Shown piece after piece: positions 40,454 through 51,429 of a DNA stretch of 64,000 nt; the first letter of the stretch is position 1, and every line of letters starts with the position of its first letter. The notes beneath the pieces were generated by a model. That model was given only the letters and a program-made list of their open reading frames with translations, made no database searches and had not been told where the DNA came from. Source of the DNA: Gloeobacterales cyanobacterium (lineage in GTDB: Bacteria > Cyanobacteriota > Cyanobacteriia > Gloeobacterales > PMM-0068); NCBI GenBank assembly GCA_038245785.1, contig JBBRSB010000024.1:13614-77613 (forward strand), given 5' to 3'. The translations under genes and the position numbers were made by a program.

Positions 40454-40876
40454 CTAAGAGTCTTCAGGCACTCCGGCAGCGCGACTACGGGTCACCGTCA
40501 ACAATACAGCCATCAATTCATCGGGGTCCCAGGGTTTAGCCAGAAAGTATTCTCCCCCACTCTCATAGCTCTGCACACGATTTTGCACATCTGCGTAGCT
40601 CGAGATGAAGACGACAGGCGGTGCTTTGGAACCGTAGGTTTCTTTCAAAGACCGACTAAAAGCAAAACCATCCATGTCAGGCATACTGATGTCCGTCACA
40701 ATCGCTTCCACCAATGCAGGATGCGTCTGAAGAAATAGCAACCCCTCATGGCCGCTACCCGCAGTAGACACAAGAAAACCTCGGTTTGTCAGATATTTTT
40801 CTGCAATCCGCCGCTGAAAAGGATCGTCATCCACGACGAGAATCTGTTTAGCCACAAGAATATTCCGCGTTCTCAA
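40454..40876 (-). CDS. Single-domain response regulator
   Basis: ILVVDDD, VTDISMPDMDG, FISS, FLAKPW. Confidence 0.85.
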   Translation of the reverse strand: MRTRNILVAKQILVVDDDPFQRRIAEKYLTNRGFLVSTAGSGHEGLLFLQTHPALVEAIVTDISMPDMDGFAFSRSLKETYGSKAPPVVFISSYADVQNRVQSYESGGEYFLAKPWDPDELMAVLLTVTRSRAAGVPEDS

Positions 40877-41254
40877 TTAAGACTATTACTGTTCTACCTT
40901 CCCTGTCTCCGTAGTACTACGTACAAAGCCATTCAGGAGTTTAAAGAGTGTATGAAGTTTGTGTGTCATTTTAGTTAATTTAAGCGGCTTTGAGCCCTCG
41001 AAAGTTTCCTAGGCTTAATTTTGAGCGCTATCCATAATGTTCTGCGTGTTTGTACCAGGAGAGACTCGTGACTTTCATAATTGCTCTTGAAAAAGTTTTG
41101 TCAAGATCGAAATGATACTTCTAGCAAAATAGGGAGCAAAGTGACTCTTTAAAATCCCAGTATGGAATTCTCCATCTTCACTACAAATGCTACAAAGAGC
41201 GCGGTGTGCCAGGAGCAATGGCAAGATAAGAGGAGCTTAAGATAATCACGGGTT

Positions 41255-42781
41255 ATGGACGCAGACGTCATTGTAATCGGAGCAGGTATCGGAGGATTGG
41301 TTACAGCAGCGCAATTGGCTGCTGGGGGGATCAATGTTTTGGTCCTGGAAAAGTATCTGATTCCAGGCGGTAGTGCCGGTTATTTTGATCGGGCAGTACC
41401 TGAAGGCCACTATCGTTTTGACGTAGGGGCATCAATGATCTATGGCTTTGGTACAGAAGGGACAACAAACCTATTGACTCGTGCTCTAGAGGCTGTAGAT
41501 GAACGTTTAGAGACCATCCCTGACCCTGTGCAGATCAGTTACCATCTGCCCAAAGGCTTAAACCTACGGGTGCATCGAGACTATAAAGAATTCTTAGAGG
41601 AATTAGGTTCACATTTTCCAGAAGAGAAAGCGGGAATTCGTGCTTTCTATGACGAAGCCTGGAAAGTTTTCAACTGTTTGAATGCTATCGAATTGAAATC
41701 GTTAGAAGAAATTCGCTATCTAACCCGTGTGTTTTTCCAAAACCCTCTGGCCTGTCTGCGGTTGGCCCGCTATCTTCCCGTAAATGTTGGCAGCGTGGCT
41801 CGGAAATATCTAAAAAATCCTGACCTCCTCAAATTTATTGATATGGAATGCTACTGCTGGTCCGTGGTGCCTGCGGATCAGACGCCGATGATTAATGCAG
41901 GCATGGTTTGGGCAGACCGCCACTATGGGGGGATCAACTATCCTCAGGGAGGTGTAGGCCGTATTGGGGAAGCTTTGAGCCGTGGGCTGACGAAGAAAGG
42001 AGGCCGCATTCGCTATGGAGCACGGGTTACCAAAGTTCTGGTAGAACGAGGCCGCGCTGTGGGCGTCCAACTCGCCACAGGAGAAGTTCTGAAGGCAAAG
42101 AAAGTAATTAGTAATGCCACCCGTTGGGATACATTTGGTCGGATGATCCCTGAAACAGACATTCCTCCATCAGAAATTCGTTGGCGCAAGCGCTATGAGC
42201 CCTCTCCCAGTTTCCTCAGCCTGCATCTTGGCGTGAAGCATGAAGTCTTGGCACAGGAAACTGATATGCACCATGTTGTCTTGGAAGATTGGCAACGGCT
42301 GACCGATGAGCAGGGGACTATCTTTGTGTCTATCCCCACGATATTGGACCCGACGCTTGCTCCGGTCGACCGTCATATTATTCATACCTTCAGCCCCAGC
42401 TCTATGCAGTATTGGCAAGGACTCAATCCTGCAGACTATGCCCAAAAGAAAAATCAAGATGCCCAACGCTTGATAGAGCGGCTGAGTAATCTATGGCCAG
42501 GCTTAACAGACGGTATTACCTTTATGGAAATAGGAACTCCACGCACCCACCGACGATTTTTGGGGAGAGTCGGTGGTACCTATGGCCCTATTCCTGCGGG
42601 GATTCCTCTTGGACTCTTGGGAACTCCTTTTAATCGAACAGCCATCAACGGACTCTATTGTGTGGGGGATAGCACATTCCCAGGGCAAGGATTGAATGCT
42701 GTTGCTTTCTCTGGAATCGCATGTGCTCATCGGGTTGCCGTAGACCTTGGGTTAACCTCTGGTATACCTATAAAGATCTAA
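41255..42781 (+). CDS. crtH: Carotenoid (prolycopene) isomerase CrtH
   Basis: GAGIGGL FAD motif, YRFDVGASMI.GFG..GTTNLLTRAL, DRHYGGINYP, CVGDSTFPGQGLNAVAFSG. Confidence 0.9.
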   Translation: MDADVIVIGAGIGGLVTAAQLAAGGINVLVLEKYLIPGGSAGYFDRAVPEGHYRFDVGASMIYGFGTEGTTNLLTRALEAVDERLETIPDPVQISYHLPKGLNLRVHRDYKEFLEELGSHFPEEKAGIRAFYDEAWKVFNCLNAIELKSLEEIRYLTRVFFQNPLACLRLARYLPVNVGSVARKYLKNPDLLKFIDMECYCWSVVPADQTPMINAGMVWADRHYGGINYPQGGVGRIGEALSRGLTKKGGRIRYGARVTKVLVERGRAVGVQLATGEVLKAKKVISNATRWDTFGRMIPETDIPPSEIRWRKRYEPSPSFLSLHLGVKHEVLAQETDMHHVVLEDWQRLTDEQGTIFVSIPTILDPTLAPVDRHIIHTFSPSSMQYWQGLNPADYAQKKNQDAQRLIERLSNLWPGLTDGITFMEIGTPRTHRRFLGRVGGTYGPIPAGIPLGLLGTPFNRTAINGLYCVGDSTFPGQGLNAVAFSGIACAHRVAVDLGLTSGIPIKI

Positions 42782-42816
42782 GTGTGTGCACACTAGGCAA
42801 GAGGGGTCGAGTCGCA

Positions 42817-43986
42817 ATGGCAGAAAACAAAATCCTGATTGTTGATGATGACCCTGCCCTGTGTAAGGTCCTTGCCATGTATTTAGAGAAGCAGGGGTAT
42901 CGAGTTTTAACGAGTGGAGACAGTGTCCAGGGATTGGAAAAATTTAAACAGGAGCGCCCTGGCTTAGTGATTGCCGACTGGACTATGCCTGGCATGGATG
43001 GGGTAGAGCTTTGTCGTCAAATTAAAAAAATAGATTCCACTGCCTATTTCATCTTCCTCAGTGGCCGTGGTGCCATCCATGACCGAGTGGCTGGTTTGGA
43101 TGCGGGGGCCGATGATTTTTTGTCTAAGCCTGCCGATACCAAGGAATTATTAGCTCGAATCCGGGCTGGATTTCGACTCTACGAAGTCAGTATCGAACTG
43201 CAAGCCGTCAACTGCCACCTGGAAAATACATTGGCCCAAGTGCAAACGCAGCAGAGATTGATGGACCGGGACTTGAAGAGCGCTGCCGAATTTTTGCAAT
43301 CCTTGCTTCCTGAGCCTTTTTTCTCAACCCGCATTAAAGCGCATTGGCGTTTTTTGCCTTCTGCTGTCTTAGGTGGCGACTACTTTGACTACTTCTGGCT
43401 AGATGATCATCGTCTGGCTCTCTATCTCTTGGACGTGACGGGGCATGGCATTGGCTCTGCCCTACTGGCTGCCTCGACTGGTTATTTATTACGGGCAGAA
43501 CCCTCTGCCGCAGGCGACCGCAGCAAACCGGAAACCGTTTTAACCTCGCTCAATCACAACTTAGTAGCGAGTGAATCTGACCTCTTCTACACCATGTGGT
43601 ATGGTGTCTGGGATTTGGAGGGAGGCACTTTGACCTACGCCTGTGCAGGTCATCCCAGCCCAATCTTGTTTTGTAAAGAAGGACTCGTCCCGCTAGAAGG
43701 CGGGTCTTTACCGATTGGCGTGATTGTTGATGCCGAATACACGGCTTATCAAGTAAATCTTCAGCCAGGAAATAGGCTTTATTTATTTAGTGATGGTATC
43801 TACGAGATTTTCGGTGCGAATAAACAGCTTCTAGCAGAAAAAGATTTTATGGACTGGTTGGCAGAAGCGAGTACGCTCCCCTTTGAACAAAGTTTGGATG
43901 AGATTATTGCCTGCGCTTGGGCTTTCCAAGGACATACTCATTTTCCTGATGACGTTTGTTTAGTCGCTCTAGAATTGTCTCTCTAG
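42817..43986 (+). CDS. Response regulator with PP2C/SpoIIE phosphatase domain (RsbU-like)
   Basis: REC (ILIVDDD, ADWTMP, SKP) + GGDYFD, DVTGHG, AGHP, SDG, DD; start ATG 42817. Confidence 0.88.
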   Translation: MAENKILIVDDDPALCKVLAMYLEKQGYRVLTSGDSVQGLEKFKQERPGLVIADWTMPGMDGVELCRQIKKIDSTAYFIFLSGRGAIHDRVAGLDAGADDFLSKPADTKELLARIRAGFRLYEVSIELQAVNCHLENTLAQVQTQQRLMDRDLKSAAEFLQSLLPEPFFSTRIKAHWRFLPSAVLGGDYFDYFWLDDHRLALYLLDVTGHGIGSALLAASTGYLLRAEPSAAGDRSKPETVLTSLNHNLVASESDLFYTMWYGVWDLEGGTLTYACAGHPSPILFCKEGLVPLEGGSLPIGVIVDAEYTAYQVNLQPGNRLYLFSDGIYEIFGANKQLLAEKDFMDWLAEASTLPFEQSLDEIIACAWAFQGHTHFPDDVCLVALELSL

Positions 43987-43991
43987 ATTTA

Positions 43992-44795
43992 CTAATCTTC
44001 TAAAAAATCATCTGAATATATTTTACAGCTACTGAAACTTTCTTGGGCAATAGCTAAATTTTTATCATGGGCCCAATCAATCTCGGGCATCTCATCAAAA
44101 GCTTTCTGTAGCGCACCTTCCCAATACTGACGGATCTCCATAAGATAGGGATCTCGCTGATTTAAACGCATTTTATTATTTATTTCAAAGGTGTCCACAC
44201 AGTACATAATCATCTGAATAGGAGGACCCACGGAAATATTTGATTTCATAGTGGAGTCAATAGAAAGCAAGGCACACCTAGCTGCCTTCTCAATGGGAGT
44301 TGTATGTCGCAGTACTCTGTCTAATATGGGTTTCCCATATTTGGTTTCCCCTGTTTGCAAGAAGGGTGTTTCTGGTGTTGCTTTGATACAATTTCCTTGG
44401 GTATAGACTAGGTAGAGTTCTGGTTCTTCTCCTTTGATTTGTCCCCCGACTAAGAAACTAGCGTGATAGTCAATCCGGTCTGCATCTAAACTAGCTCGGT
44501 CCAGTTTTTGTATTTCTCGCTGTTTACTGCCCACATATCGGGCCACATCGTACATGGTGGGAAGATTGTGGATATTGACCTGATCCATCGTATGGAGATC
44601 TTTTTTTAACCAGGCGATCACTCCTTGCGTGATCGATAAGTTGCCGGAAGTTGTAATGACAATGACTCGTTCTCCAGGGTTAGAGAAGTCAAACAGCTTT
44701 TGGTAAGTAGATACATGGTCCACTCCGGCATGAGTCCGGGAGTCGGAAGCCATCACGATTCCCGATTGGGTAATAATGCCCAGGCAGTAAGTCAT
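43992..44795 (-). CDS. Anbu proteasome-type protease (NTN hydrolase)
   Basis: MTYC N-terminal Thr, SDSRT.AGVD, SGNL..TQ, GGQI.G, GETKYGKPILDR, DSTMKSNISVGPP. Confidence 0.88.
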   Translation of the reverse strand: MTYCLGIITQSGIVMASDSRTHAGVDHVSTYQKLFDFSNPGERVIVITTSGNLSITQGVIAWLKKDLHTMDQVNIHNLPTMYDVARYVGSKQREIQKLDRASLDADRIDYHASFLVGGQIKGEEPELYLVYTQGNCIKATPETPFLQTGETKYGKPILDRVLRHTTPIEKAARCALLSIDSTMKSNISVGPPIQMIMYCVDTFEINNKMRLNQRDPYLMEIRQYWEGALQKAFDEMPEIDWAHDKNLAIAQESFSSCKIYSDDFLED

Positions 44796-44890
44796 GGTGA
44801 TTTACTAAGGGTAGCGAGGATAATTGATGAACTCTAAAATAGTGTATCGGTAATCTGCCTTTATCGCAGTAGACCTCATACACTGGATAG

Positions 44891-46651
44891 ATGACTCGCC
44901 AAGCCGCTCCTTCTTCCCTGCAGGTACTTCTGGAGTACCTCAGGCCTCATCAAAAAGAATTCTGGACTGGTGTCTTCTTTCTTCTGTGCACCACGCTGCT
45001 AGGGGCAACGATCCCTTGGTTCATCAAAAATGCGATTGATGATCTAGGCAAAAATTTAGATTATCGGCAGCTCCTGCTCTATGCCGGGGCGATTCTCGGT
45101 CTGGCTACAGCCATGCTGGTGATTCGTGTCATTTCTAGAATTTATCTATTCAGAATTGGTCGGCAGGTGGAATTTGACCTGAAGGGCCGAATATTTGATC
45201 ACCTACTCCTAATGCCGCCTTCTTACTTCTCGATCAATCCCGCCGGAGACTTGATCAGTAGAGCCACGAGTGATGTGGATAATATCCGCCGTCTGCTTGG
45301 ATTCTCGGTGTTGAGTATCCTCAATGCTATTTTTACCTACGTTTTGACCGTGCCTTTTATGTTGGCGATGGATGTCGAACTAACGCTCTTGTCCCTGTCT
45401 GTTTATCCGATTATGTTTGGGGCGGTAGCTTTGTTTGGTGGTCAACTCCGCAATCAGCAAATGGACGTTCAGCAAAGGCTTAGTGGCTTAAGCACGCTTT
45501 TGCAAGAAGACCTTAATGGCATTGCCTTGATCAAGGTTTATGCCCAGGAAGAAAATGAAGAGGCCGCTTTTGGTCGTCAAAATCAGCAGCTCCTGGAAGC
45601 TAACCTGAAGCTGGCACGGACGCAAAATACACTTTTTCCCTTGTTGGGAGCTCTGGCTGGAGTGAGTCTTTTGGTTCTCCTGTGGGCTGGGGGGCCAAAG
45701 TTAGCAGAAGGCTCGTTGAGTATTGGGGAATTAACTGCGCTAACGGTCTATATTGCCCAGCTCATTTTTCCTACGGCACTTCTTGGTTTCACGATCACTT
45801 CTTTCCAAAGAGGGCAGGTCAGTATTGAACGAGTGGAAAATATTCTGGCTACGACTCCTGCCATTGCAGACCCACCCGATGCCATTGCCTTCCAAAATCC
45901 TAAAGGAGATCTAGCGGTGAGTGGTTTGACTTTTAGCTATCCCAACGCTAAAGTTCCCACGCTAAAGGATATTCACCTGCAGCTACCTGCAGGGAGCACG
46001 GCTGCTCTAGTAGGACCTGTGGGCTCGGGCAAGACGACCCTGGCGAATGTTTTTCCACACCTGCTTGAAATCGCTCCCAACCAAGTCTTTTTAGATGGTG
46101 AGGACATTACGCATATCCGTCTTAAAGATGTGAGAAAGGCTATTGCCATGGTTCCTCAAGAAAGTTTTTTGTTTAGCACTACGGTAGCCGATAACATCCG
46201 CTACGGAAAACCAGACCTTGATTTGGAAGCTGTGATTGAAGTTGCAAAGACAGCCCGTGTGCACGAAGAAATCATGTGTTTTCCTCAGGGTTATCAAACC
46301 CTCGTTGGAGAACGCGGTATTACCCTTTCTGGGGGACAGCGTCAGCGTCTAGCCTTAGCCCGCGCCTTGCTCATGGATGCTCCCGTTTTGATTTTGGATG
46401 ATGCTCTTTCAAGTGTGGATAATGAAACTGCCGAGGCTATCCTCGATAACTTGAAGCGTCGCCAGAAAAAAACGGTTCTTCTGATTACCCATCGCCTCAG
46501 TGCCTCTGCGCGAGCTGATTTGATTGCCGTCATGGACCAAGGCCACATAGTCCAACAGGGCAGTCATTATGAACTTCTGCGTCAGGAAGGACTGTACCGG
46601 AAGCTCTGGGAACAGTCTCAGATGACAGAAGGCGTCAGTGGCGCTCTGTAA
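44891..46651 (+). CDS. ABC exporter, fused permease/ATP-binding protein
   Basis: TM domain + [27 protein letters not shown]. Confidence 0.92.
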   Translation: MTRQAAPSSLQVLLEYLRPHQKEFWTGVFFLLCTTLLGATIPWFIKNAIDDLGKNLDYRQLLLYAGAILGLATAMLVIRVISRIYLFRIGRQVEFDLKGRIFDHLLLMPPSYFSINPAGDLISRATSDVDNIRRLLGFSVLSILNAIFTYVLTVPFMLAMDVELTLLSLSVYPIMFGAVALFGGQLRNQQMDVQQRLSGLSTLLQEDLNGIALIKVYAQEENEEAAFGRQNQQLLEANLKLARTQNTLFPLLGALAGVSLLVLLWAGGPKLAEGSLSIGELTALTVYIAQLIFPTALLGFTITSFQRGQVSIERVENILATTPAIADPPDAIAFQNPKGDLAVSGLTFSYPNAKVPTLKDIHLQLPAGSTAALVGPVGSGKTTLANVFPHLLEIAPNQVFLDGEDITHIRLKDVRKAIAMVPQESFLFSTTVADNIRYGKPDLDLEAVIEVAKTARVHEEIMCFPQGYQTLVGERGITLSGGQRQRLALARALLMDAPVLILDDALSSVDNETAEAILDNLKRRQKKTVLLITHRLSASARADLIAVMDQGHIVQQGSHYELLRQEGLYRKLWEQSQMTEGVSGAL

Positions 46652-46662
46652 GGCAGGGCATT

Positions 46663-46809
46663 ATGGCTGAAAAGAAACGCTATACCAAGAGCAATCTTCC
46701 CAGCAAAGTCTGCCCAGCATGCAATCGCCCTTTCGAATGGCGAAAAAAGTGGGAGCGCTGCTGGGATGAGGTGAAATACTGCTCTGAACGGTGCCGCCAG
46801 GCACGCTAA
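46663..46809 (+). CDS. DUF2256 small Cys-rich protein (48 aa, not in ORF track)
   Basis: Manual translation: [48 protein letters not shown]. Confidence 0.85.
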   Translation: MAEKKRYTKSNLPSKVCPACNRPFEWRKKWERCWDEVKYCSERCRQAR

Positions 46810-47135
46810 GCGTCGAGATGTCTCTCTAAAGTTGTGGCGAGGGTCGTTTTTGGAACCGCTCCAACTACCATGTCGACGCGCGTTCCCCCTTTGAAAACCA
46901 TCAAAGTAGGAATAGAACGAATTCCATAGGTAGAAGCAACCTCAGGATTCTCATCTGTGTTCATCTTGACTACTTTGATTCTGCCAGCATATTGCTGAGA
47001 AATTTCATCTACGACAGGGGCAACCATCCGGCAAGGTCCACACCAAGGGGCCCAGAAATCCACAAGAACGGGTAGTTCAGAATCCAAAACCTCATCTTTG
47101 AAGGTTGCATCAGTAACAGGGTGTGCGGAGGACAT
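46806..47135 (-). CDS. trxA: Thioredoxin (m-type)
   Basis: [32 protein letters not shown]. Confidence 0.95.
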   Translation of the reverse strand: MSSAHPVTDATFKDEVLDSELPVLVDFWAPWCGPCRMVAPVVDEISQQYAGRIKVVKMNTDENPEVASTYGIRSIPTLMVFKGGTRVDMVVGAVPKTTLATTLERHLDA

Positions 47136-47222
47136 GCCTAAGAAACTCCTAGCTGGAAAAAGGAAGTCATGTGGCTATGATCCTACCTCATGGCTGTCCT
47201 GTGCTGTATATCCTTAAGCCAC

Positions 47223-47291
47223 AAAAAAAACCGCCTAGATCGCTCCAGGCGGGTCATGGTGTGAGGAGTGAACGGAAACATGCGTCTCCGT
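47223..47291 (-). ncRNA. yfr1: Yfr1 small RNA
   Basis: Conserved ACUCCUCACAC (47259-47269) between a 5' hairpin (ACGGAGAC/GTTTCCGT) and a terminator hairpin (CCGCCTGGA/TCTAGGCGG + T8). TATCAT -10 upstream; canonical position upstream of trxA. Confidence 0.9.
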
Positions 47292-47399
47292 CATCTCCAT
47301 GATAGGGGATGGACCCAAAAACTTCTGCCACAATTTACTCGATATTTTATATTTGTAAAGCCTTTGATGGAAAGAGTCTTCTGTCTTTGACAGAATGTG

Positions 47400-47464
47400 A
47401 AAAAGAGAGCGCAAGACTGTCCTTGTTGCGTCCTGCCCTCTCTTTTCCCGCTCACTCCTCACTT
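47400..47464 (-). ncRNA. Candidate Yfr2-like sRNA (5' GUGAGGAGUGA, complementary to Yfr1)
   Basis: TATACT -10 (47471-47476), then AAGTGAGGAGTGAGCGGG followed by the hairpin AAAAGAGAG...CTCTCTTTTT. Confidence 0.55.
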
Positions 47465-47773
47465 GGCTGCAGTATAGACAGATTTTCATAAGGTGTAAAG
47501 ATGGGGGCTCAACCGCTGTATCTGCCTTGTAATCTTTATTCTGAGTTTGTCGGACCTTTAGGCTCTATTCGTTAGGGTCGACTTGAGCTCATTAAACTTT
47601 CATAAACCTTGATACTCAATCAGGTAAGAGCTTAGAGCCTTCTGTACTAGCATAAAGGCCCTATCGACCACAGAAAATCCTTGTATCTCACGTTACCTTT
47701 AGATAGTTCATGGGTAATATACTTCAAAATGTTGCTAAAAACAGGGTCATTTTTAGAGGGAAAAGAGTAGGTT

Positions 47774-47938
47774 ATGGAAGAGACTGGTCTGTCGGATTTT
47801 ACATTAATGTCTTCGCTTATGACTTCACACTGGCTCGGTGAGAGGATGACTAACTTTTATGCAGATCTGGAATTGGAGCAAGAGGGTAGTAGCGAAGAAA
47901 ATGTAGCCGCTTTGTCTGAGCAGCATGTGGCAGCCTAG
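47774..47938 (+). CDS. Possible small acidic protein (54 aa)
   Basis: Manual translation: MEETGLSDFTLMSSLMTSHWLGERMTNFYADLELEQEGSSEENVAALSEQHVAA. Purine-rich region upstream; no homology recognised. Confidence 0.35.
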   Translation: MEETGLSDFTLMSSLMTSHWLGERMTNFYADLELEQEGSSEENVAALSEQHVAA

Positions 47939-48059
47939 CACTTGATCGCAAGATTCCGGTCCTTAGGTCAAGAAAGTAGCAAAGGAACAGGCTAAAGAAA
48001 CATCTTCAAGTCCTCTTCCATTAAGATTAAGGAGTGCCTATCTCCTTTTCCCAACTCCC

Positions 48060-49685
48060 ATGAAGAACGTTGAACGGTTGATTGTTTTCGACACTACCCT
48101 CCGCGACGGAGAACAATCTCCTGGAGCTACGCTTAATACGCAGGAAAAACTCGAAATCGCCCGTCAACTAGCTCGACTAGGAGTGGATGTCATTGAAGCA
48201 GGGTTTCCCTACGCAAGTCCTGGTGATTTTGAAGCGGTGCAGCTTATCGCCCGTGAGGTAAAGGGTGTAACGATTTGCGGTCTGGCAAGGACCCTGCCAC
48301 AGGATATTGACCGCTGTGCAGAAGCGCTCCAAGACGCTGAGCGGGCGCGTATCCATACCTTCATTGCCACCTCTGACCTCCACATGCAGTACAAGTTGCG
48401 CAAATCTCGTGAAGAAGTCTTGGCGAGTACCCAGGAAGCGGTTACCCACGCTTGCAATAAATTGCGGGAATTGAGGGGAGACCGTTTTTGGGAAGTGGAA
48501 TTTTCTCCAGAAGATGCTGGCCGTTCTGATGAAACCTTTCTCTTTCAAGTGATTGAGACGGCGATTCGGGCTGGAGCAACCACGATTAATATTCCAGATA
48601 CCGTTGGTTATACAACGCCCAGTGAATTTGGTGGCTTGATTGGTCGTATCCGCGAGCATGTCCCCAACATTGACCAAGCCGTGATTTCTGTTCATTGCCA
48701 TAATGATTTGGGCTTGGCTGCAGCTAACTCTTTAGAAGCTGTTAAGAATGGTGCCCGGCAAGTTGAATGTACGATTAATGGAATTGGTGAACGGGCAGGC
48801 AACTGCTCGTTGGAAGAGATTGTAATGACGCTATTTGTGCGAAGACCTTATTTCAATCCTTATTTCGGTCGTCCGGCAGAATCAGAAGAGTCTTTAACTA
48901 ATATCAAAACCACAGAAATTTACCGAACTTCTCGCTTGGTTTCAACCCATACGGGCATGCTAGTCCAGCCGAACAAAGCGATTGTTGGAGCGAATGCTTT
49001 TGCCCATGAGTCAGGGATTCACCAAGATGGTGTGCTCAAGCACAAACGCACCTATGAAATTATGGATGCAGAAAGCATTGGCCTTGCTGAAAACCAATTA
49101 GTGCTGGGCAAGCTTTCTGGCCGGAATGCTTTTCGTTCCCGGCTTCAGGAATTAGGCTTTTTCCTCAGTGAGACAGACCTGAACCGTGCTTTCTTGCGCT
49201 TCAAAGACTTAGCCGATAAGAAGAAGCATGTCACCGATTGGGACTTGGAGGCGATTGTCAACGATGAGGCCCGCCAGGTATTTGAAGCTTATCAACTGTT
49301 GCAGGTCCAAGTTTCTTGTGGAGACCAAGGGCTTCCCACCGCTACGGTCAAGCTCTTAGTTCCTCAGGGCGAAGAGCTGGTTGATGCAGCTGTAGGGACG
49401 GGACCTGTGGATGCAGTTTATAAAGCAATTAATCGGATGATTCAGTTACCTAATGAGCTGATCGAATTTTCTGTGCAGTCCGTGACTGAGGGTATTGATG
49501 CTTTAGGTAAAGTGACTATCCGTTTACGTCATGAGGGTAAAACCTTCACCGGACATGGTGCTAACACAGACATCATCGTTGCTTCTGCCCGCGCCTATAT
49601 CAATGCTCTAAATAAGCTCCACAACGCTCTATCTCATCCTGAAATCTTGACCAATCAGGAAGAAATTGCTGGACAGAAAGTATGA
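48060..49685 (+). CDS. leuA: 2-isopropylmalate synthase
   Basis: [38 protein letters not shown]; regulatory domain GPVDA. Confidence 0.95.
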   Translation: MKNVERLIVFDTTLRDGEQSPGATLNTQEKLEIARQLARLGVDVIEAGFPYASPGDFEAVQLIAREVKGVTICGLARTLPQDIDRCAEALQDAERARIHTFIATSDLHMQYKLRKSREEVLASTQEAVTHACNKLRELRGDRFWEVEFSPEDAGRSDETFLFQVIETAIRAGATTINIPDTVGYTTPSEFGGLIGRIREHVPNIDQAVISVHCHNDLGLAAANSLEAVKNGARQVECTINGIGERAGNCSLEEIVMTLFVRRPYFNPYFGRPAESEESLTNIKTTEIYRTSRLVSTHTGMLVQPNKAIVGANAFAHESGIHQDGVLKHKRTYEIMDAESIGLAENQLVLGKLSGRNAFRSRLQELGFFLSETDLNRAFLRFKDLADKKKHVTDWDLEAIVNDEARQVFEAYQLLQVQVSCGDQGLPTATVKLLVPQGEELVDAAVGTGPVDAVYKAINRMIQLPNELIEFSVQSVTEGIDALGKVTIRLRHEGKTFTGHGANTDIIVASARAYINALNKLHNALSHPEILTNQEEIAGQKV

Positions 49686-49757
49686 AGATAGAACAAAGAT
49701 TACGTAACGTAACATTAAATCCTGTTATGTTGTAGACATCCTGTCCGGTGTGCTACC

Positions 49758-50582
49758 GTGCTCGAACTTCACTGCCATACTACCTGTTCAGATGGTACCT
49801 ATACTCCGACAGAGCTGGTTCATGCGGCTTATGAAAGCGGGGTGCGTGCTCTGGCTATTACCGACCATGACACGATGATTGGATGGGACGAGGCGATAGA
49901 AGCAGCCGATAAGCTGGGCTTAGAAATTGTCCCTGGCCTTGAACTGAGTACTACCCACAATAATTGCTCTCTCCACGTATTAGCTTTTTATCCAGACCGG
50001 GAAAAGCTTGCTGCTTTTCTTGATGAGCGACGCCTGGGTCGGATTCGTCGGGCAGAGACGATGGTTAGCAAATTGAATGATTTAGACATTCATATTGACC
50101 TGCCGCAGGTGGCAACGCCCGGTCGTCCTCATATCGCGCGCGCTTTGGTCAAAGCAGGCTATATCACCCGAGAACAAGAGGCTTTTGATCGGTACTTAGG
50201 CGATGGAAAACCTGCCTATGTTCCCTATGATCGTCTGAGTGCCGTAGATGGTATTGCCATGCTCCGTTCCTGTGGTGCGGTTCCTGTGTGGGCACATCCC
50301 TATCTTTTCCAAGGTGGGCCTGTTGCCGAGGTGCTGCCGGAGCTTGTTAAAGCCGGATTGATGGGTTTGGAAGTTTATCATTCTGATGCCAGTCCTAGAG
50401 GCAGCGGTCGCCTCAAAGCCTTAGCCGAACAATACGGTCTGATTTGCACAGGCGGTAGTGACTTTCACGGCACCAATAAAGACAACGTGTATCTGAATAT
50501 GCTCAAACTGCCACTGTCTTTGTTGGATGAGTTGAAAGCAGCCCACAAAAAAGCCCAGCCTGAGCCGAGCCTTTCTGTATAG
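49758..50582 (+). CDS. PHP-domain phosphoesterase (TrpH/YciV-like)
   Basis: ELHCHTTCSDG, AITDHDT, GRPHIA, AHP, GGSDFHG. Confidence 0.88.
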   Translation: MLELHCHTTCSDGTYTPTELVHAAYESGVRALAITDHDTMIGWDEAIEAADKLGLEIVPGLELSTTHNNCSLHVLAFYPDREKLAAFLDERRLGRIRRAETMVSKLNDLDIHIDLPQVATPGRPHIARALVKAGYITREQEAFDRYLGDGKPAYVPYDRLSAVDGIAMLRSCGAVPVWAHPYLFQGGPVAEVLPELVKAGLMGLEVYHSDASPRGSGRLKALAEQYGLICTGGSDFHGTNKDNVYLNMLKLPLSLLDELKAAHKKAQPEPSLSV

Positions 50583-50605
50583 ACGGAGGATTGTCCTGAG
50601 TGCAG

Positions 50606-51418
50606 CTAACCGAATCGTCCGGTGATGTAGTCCTCAGTACGTTTTTCTACAGGTGAGGAGAAAATATCTGCAGTTAGGCCACTTTCAACTAGATTACCAA
50701 TGCGACTCTCGTCCGTGGTGAAAAACATGGTGTGGTCAGAGACACGCGCTGCCTGCTGCATATTGTGGGTAACGATAATAATCGTCAGCTGATTGCGAAG
50801 ATTGAGCATCAATTCCTCAATGCGCAAAGTCGCAATCGGATCTAGGGCAGAGCAAGGCTCATCCATCAGCAACACATCCGGATCTACGGCCAGCGAGCGA
50901 GCAATGCATAGACGTTGCTGCTGTCCCCCAGATAGTCCAAGAGCAGAAGTCTTGAGTTTGTCTTTAACTTCCTCCCAAAGGGCTGCTTTCTTGAGCGTTG
51001 ATTCAACCAAGTTGTCAAGATTGTCCTTAAGACCAAACAGACGAGGTCCGTAGGCAATATTGTCATAGATAGTCATTGGGAAAGGATTAGGTCGTTGGAA
51101 GACCATGCCAACCCGCTTACGCAGACGGGTGAGATTCACCCTCGGATCATAGATATCCTGTCCAAAAAGAGAAATTTTGCCATCAATCCGGACTTTGGTT
51201 TCCGCCTCAGCAATCCGGTTTAGCGATTTCAAAAAAGTAGACTTACCGCAACCGGACGGACCAATAATAGACGTGATCGCTTTGGTTGGAATGTCTACGC
51301 TGATACCATCAAGGGCCTTACGGGTGCCATAGTAGAACGCCATGTCCTGAACCTGATAAGCCTTAACTACACCTCCAGCAGAGGACTGTTCCACTCGAGT
51401 ATTTTCCCTATTCTGCAT
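50606..51418 (-). CDS. pstB: Phosphate ABC transporter ATP-binding protein
   Basis: [50 protein letters not shown]. Confidence 0.95.
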   Translation of the reverse strand: MQNRENTRVEQSSAGGVVKAYQVQDMAFYYGTRKALDGISVDIPTKAITSIIGPSGCGKSTFLKSLNRIAEAETKVRIDGKISLFGQDIYDPRVNLTRLRKRVGMVFQRPNPFPMTIYDNIAYGPRLFGLKDNLDNLVESTLKKAALWEEVKDKLKTSALGLSGGQQQRLCIARSLAVDPDVLLMDEPCSALDPIATLRIEELMLNLRNQLTIIIVTHNMQQAARVSDHTMFFTTDESRIGNLVESGLTADIFSSPVEKRTEDYITGRFG

Positions 51419-51429
51419 GAATGCTCCCT

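Noticed and set aside
47235..47491. Short ORFs 47235-47489 (-) and 47309-47491 (+)
   Set aside because: No recognisable protein features; the region is better explained by the sRNA structures.
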